The position numbers and the translations under genes are program-made. Under the pieces are notes generated by a model, which had not been told where the DNA came from, ran no database searches, and worked only from the letters and a program-made list of their open reading frames with translations. A stretch of DNA of 63,873 bases, filler included, from Hyphochytrium catenoides (Eukaryota; Protista; Hyphochytriomycota): the NCBI GenBank assembly GCA_900088475.1. It is 7 parts of 7 records of this genome, joined end to end, with 100 filler letters (N's around TTAATTAATTAA, not from the genome) between each part and the next. Parts side by side here need not be neighbours in the genome. Positions count along the whole stretch, not along the records: positions 59,731 to 62,577 come from FLMG01002432.1; positions 62,678 to 63,873 come from FLMG01004635.1; 5 more parts are not named here. One strand, written 5' to 3'. This document shows positions 60,728 through 63,873 of the stretch, in pieces; the stretch's first letter is position 1; every line of letters starts with the position of its first letter.

Positions 60728-62677
60728 GGAAAGTGAAGGGTGGTGGGACGGAAGGAAGAAGAAGAAAACGAACAGGTTGTTCTGATGATCATGATGAGAG
60801 TTGAGAAGAAGACAAGGGACGTGGAGAAAGTCTTTGGACGATTGGCCTAGCCGCCATGCTGCTGACGGATCCTGCAGAGGTGCAGCACTGCGGGTGTGAC
60901 CCCTCCTTGTCCCCTCCTTTCCCTCTTCCTTCTTCTCTCTGTCTCTCCTCTCTCACTCTCTCCTCTTCTCTCTCTCTCTCTCTCCTGTTACCTCTCTCTC
61001 TCTCTTCCTTTTCCCTCTCTCTCTCCTTTCGTCTCTCTCTCCTTTCGTCTCTCTCTCTCTCTCTCTCTCTCCTGTTCTTCTCCCTTCTTTGTCAACTCTC
61101 TTTCTCTGTTTCTCTCTTCTTTATGCCTTGGAAAAGTAAGAAAAGTCAGAACATCAGCGTTCGGAACAGAGAGAAAGGACCCTAAAAAAACGGAGACAGA
61201 GCAACGAAAGATAGAGTTCTCTATGGCAATTCTGAGATAAGCGTTAAATGAGTGCAAGAGAGATATGGTAGCTGAGGGGAGGAAAGGGGAGGGAAATGTG
61301 CACCAGGATGACACTCCAGCCTCACTTGCAGGTGAGAGGAGAGGGTCAACTGATCCCAGGGCGGTATATTAACGGATAATATTCGTTCATCTGGCACCGT
61401 GCAGGCCGGCAAGGAGGCGAATGTATGAGTTATATGGGTGGTGAGACCCGGTTACCGCCATGGCAAACCAACATACATTGTGATAAGCTTGTAGCTATAG
61501 TAATATCTGATTGTCACACCTTTTGCTTGGTAGTGGTAGTAAACCCTGGTTCATGCAGCCCAGGTCCATGGTTTACAAACTCTAGTCTCTTGTTATTGAA
61601 CCCAGGAAACCCTAGATATGATGGTTACTTACCCTTTTTAGCCCAGACGACCTCCGCGACGGTGATGCACAGGGTACCCCCCTGATGACGCTCCTTCGGG
61701 GAGAATGATCACACCTTTGGGTGGAGGGCGCTCGCATTAAGCCGTCTGTTTACAAGGGCCCACCCCTTCAAAGTATGACAACTAGTAACGCTCAGAAGAG
61801 TAAACGAAACTAATGATTTATTCCCACAATTCACAAGGGCTGAAAGAATAGAGTTCTCTACTATATAGTAGGACTTTCAAATGAAACTTATTTAATGCAT
61901 TTGATTGTTTATTTCCTGCAATTTAAGTTTCAGTTGAAGTTCGCTGAGGGGCCACCTAAACACCGCCTTTGTGACTGCTACGCTCCTCTCCTCTCCTCGC
62001 GTTAGTCCTCTCTTCTTGTCTCTTGTCTCCTCATCTCTCTCACATCTCTGTATTCTTACTTGTTAGGCTCTATTCCCCTTTATGTTCTCTCTCTCCCTCA
62101 CTCTGTCTCTTCTCGTGTCTCTCGCTCTTTGCTCCTTTCTTCCTTCCTCTCTCTCCTATTTTTCAAGTTCTGGCTACCTATCCAAAGAAAGAAAAGACCT
62201 CGTCGACACCTAGTATTCTTTTGCCTTGAGCAGCGTCACTTCCCACCTCATTTTCCACCTTTTTCCCTCTTTTTCTCCTGTTTCTCAGGATGTTGACACA
62301 GCAGAATGAAGCCATTCGGAGTCTTTCCAGGCCTGTGGGCTGCTTTTCTCTATAAGCTTTTAGAATAACCAATGGATTCTTAGGCTTCGACAGCAAAAGT
62401 AGAAACTACTTGCTTTAGGAAGATCTTCCCCCACATTTTTTGCCCTCCATCAGCACGCAGCAGCATCACCCTTCGCCGACTCTTTGGACCTTTCGAATTT
62501 GCAGCAGGTGGCACTTTCCTTTCGCATTCGTTCGGCAGCCCCTTTATGTCTAGGGTATTCAACGCAAATGTTATACGNNNNNNNNNNNNNNNNNNNNNNN
62601 NNNNNNNNNNNNNNNNNNNNNTTAATTAATTAANNNNNNNNNNNNNNNNNNNNNNNNNNNNNNNNNNNNNNNNNNNN

Positions 62678-63600
62678 CCCTAACCCGCTGCCCTAACCCG
62701 CTGCCCTAACCTGCTGCCCTAACCCGCTGCCCTAACCCGCTGCCCTAACACGCTGCCCTAACCCGCTGTCCTAACACGCTGTCCTAACCCGCTGCCCTAA
62801 CCCGCTGCCCTATTCCTAACCAGCTCCGTGTCTTATACCACCCGGCTGCCCCATCCGAAATCCGCTTCCTTATCCGAAATCCGCTGCCTTATTCAACACT
62901 ACGCTACCCTTTCTCACAACCGCTACCTAACCCACTGCCCTGACCTGCTGCCTATCCTACCCTAATCCGCTGCCTAACTCTAACCCGCTCCCTATCTTAA
63001 ACTAATCCGCTGCCCTTTCCCAAATCCGCTGCCTTATCCCTAACCCGCTACCCTTTCTTACCCGATGCATAACCCGCTGCCCTAACGCGCTGCCCTAAAC
63101 CCGCTGCCACTACCTCTACCTACCCAACCGTAACCCGCTGCCTAACCCTAACCCTAACCCTTATACTGTCCCGCTGCCCCATCCCAAATCCAATACCTTA
63201 TACAGTTACACGCTACCCTTTCCTACCCGCTGCCCGCTGCCCCTTCCCAAGTCCGCTGCCTTATCTTGAACCCGCTACCCTTCCTTCTTACCCCTTCCTA
63301 ACCCGCTGCCCTAATCCGCTGCCTATCCCTAACCCGCTCCCTATCTTAAACTAATCCGGTGCCCCATCCCTCCGCCTTATCCCTAACCCGCTGCCCCATC
63401 CCAAATCCTCTGCCTTAACCCTAACCCTTCCTTACCTGCTTCCTAACCCGCTGCCCTTACCTGCAGCTATCCATAGCCCGCTCGCTATCTTATACTAATC
63501 TAGTACCCCTTCCCAACCCACTGCCTTATCCCTAACCCGCCACCCTTTGTTACCCGCTAGCTAACTCCCTGCTCTTATTTTTATCCGCTGCTACCGCCTG
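62678..63600 (+). repeat. Telomere-like 13-bp satellite (CCCTAACCCGCTG)n, decaying inward from the contig start
   Basis: 10 near-perfect units at 62678-62807, then degenerate units with higher-order blocks (CTAACCCGCTCCCTATCTTAAACTAATCCG near 62979 and 63329) and an embedded (CCCTAA)3 near 63140-63160. Confidence 0.9.
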
Positions 63601-63873
63601 CCCTGCGCCCTCCCTTTCTTCTTTCTTCTTGAGTTTATCGCTCTTTCTCTCTAGCACCAACTGCCCTCCTCAATATCTTCATAACCTGAAAATGCTCTGT
63701 TTTTAGCAAGTACTCTCCCTTACTCTTTTTTAACCTTGCAAATGCCCAATCATTTTCACGCTCCTAACTCTTCTACCCCAACTTCAATCATTGGGGTCGA
63801 CTTATTTACACTGTATTATATGTTACTTTTGTTGAGGATCAAACTTTTCTCTCACGTTCTTTCATCTGACTCT

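Noticed and set aside
61858-61871. 14-bp perfect palindrome CTACTATATAGTAG
   Set aside because: Isolated and AT-rich; plausible by chance in 64 kb, with no associated structure.
62678-63600. CRISPR-like array
   Set aside because: Tandem 13-mers with no unique spacers, in a eukaryotic context with no cas genes.

Overview
Eukaryotic (protist, probably stramenopile/SAR) nuclear sequence. It is a pseudo-scaffold: 7 independent contigs (1-16909, 17010-48427, 48528-56434, 56535-58003, 58104-59630, 59731-62577, 62678-63873) joined by an artificial 100-nt spacer (44 N + TTAATTAATTAA + 44 N), so adjacency across spacers has no biological meaning. The DNA is saturated with (AG)n/(CT)n microsatellites, which generate most ORF-track entries. 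Genes reconstructed by hand from splice phases: a GPI-type aspartic protease; a ~9.6-kb multi-exon PHD + AP2 + apparently catalytically dead HDAC protein; a TPT-family transporter; a DIX-domain protein; a START protein; an atypical secreted alpha-carbonic anhydrase; a DHHC palmitoyltransferase whose catalytic Cys codon is split by an AT-AC (U12-type) intron; a long coiled-coil protein; mitochondrial EF-G1; a likely ATP synthase subunit i/j (6 kDa); a rhomboid-like pseudoprotease with SHP and VIM motifs; and a DUF3712-like membrane protein. Also present: a decayed DD35D pogo transposon with TIRs and TA flanks, a 160-bp CACTA-ended MITE-like element, an AT-rich mitochondrial-type atp1 contig, and a contig-terminal 13-mer telomere-like array (CCCTAACCCGCTG). 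All family calls come from motif recognition by eye; no database searches were run.
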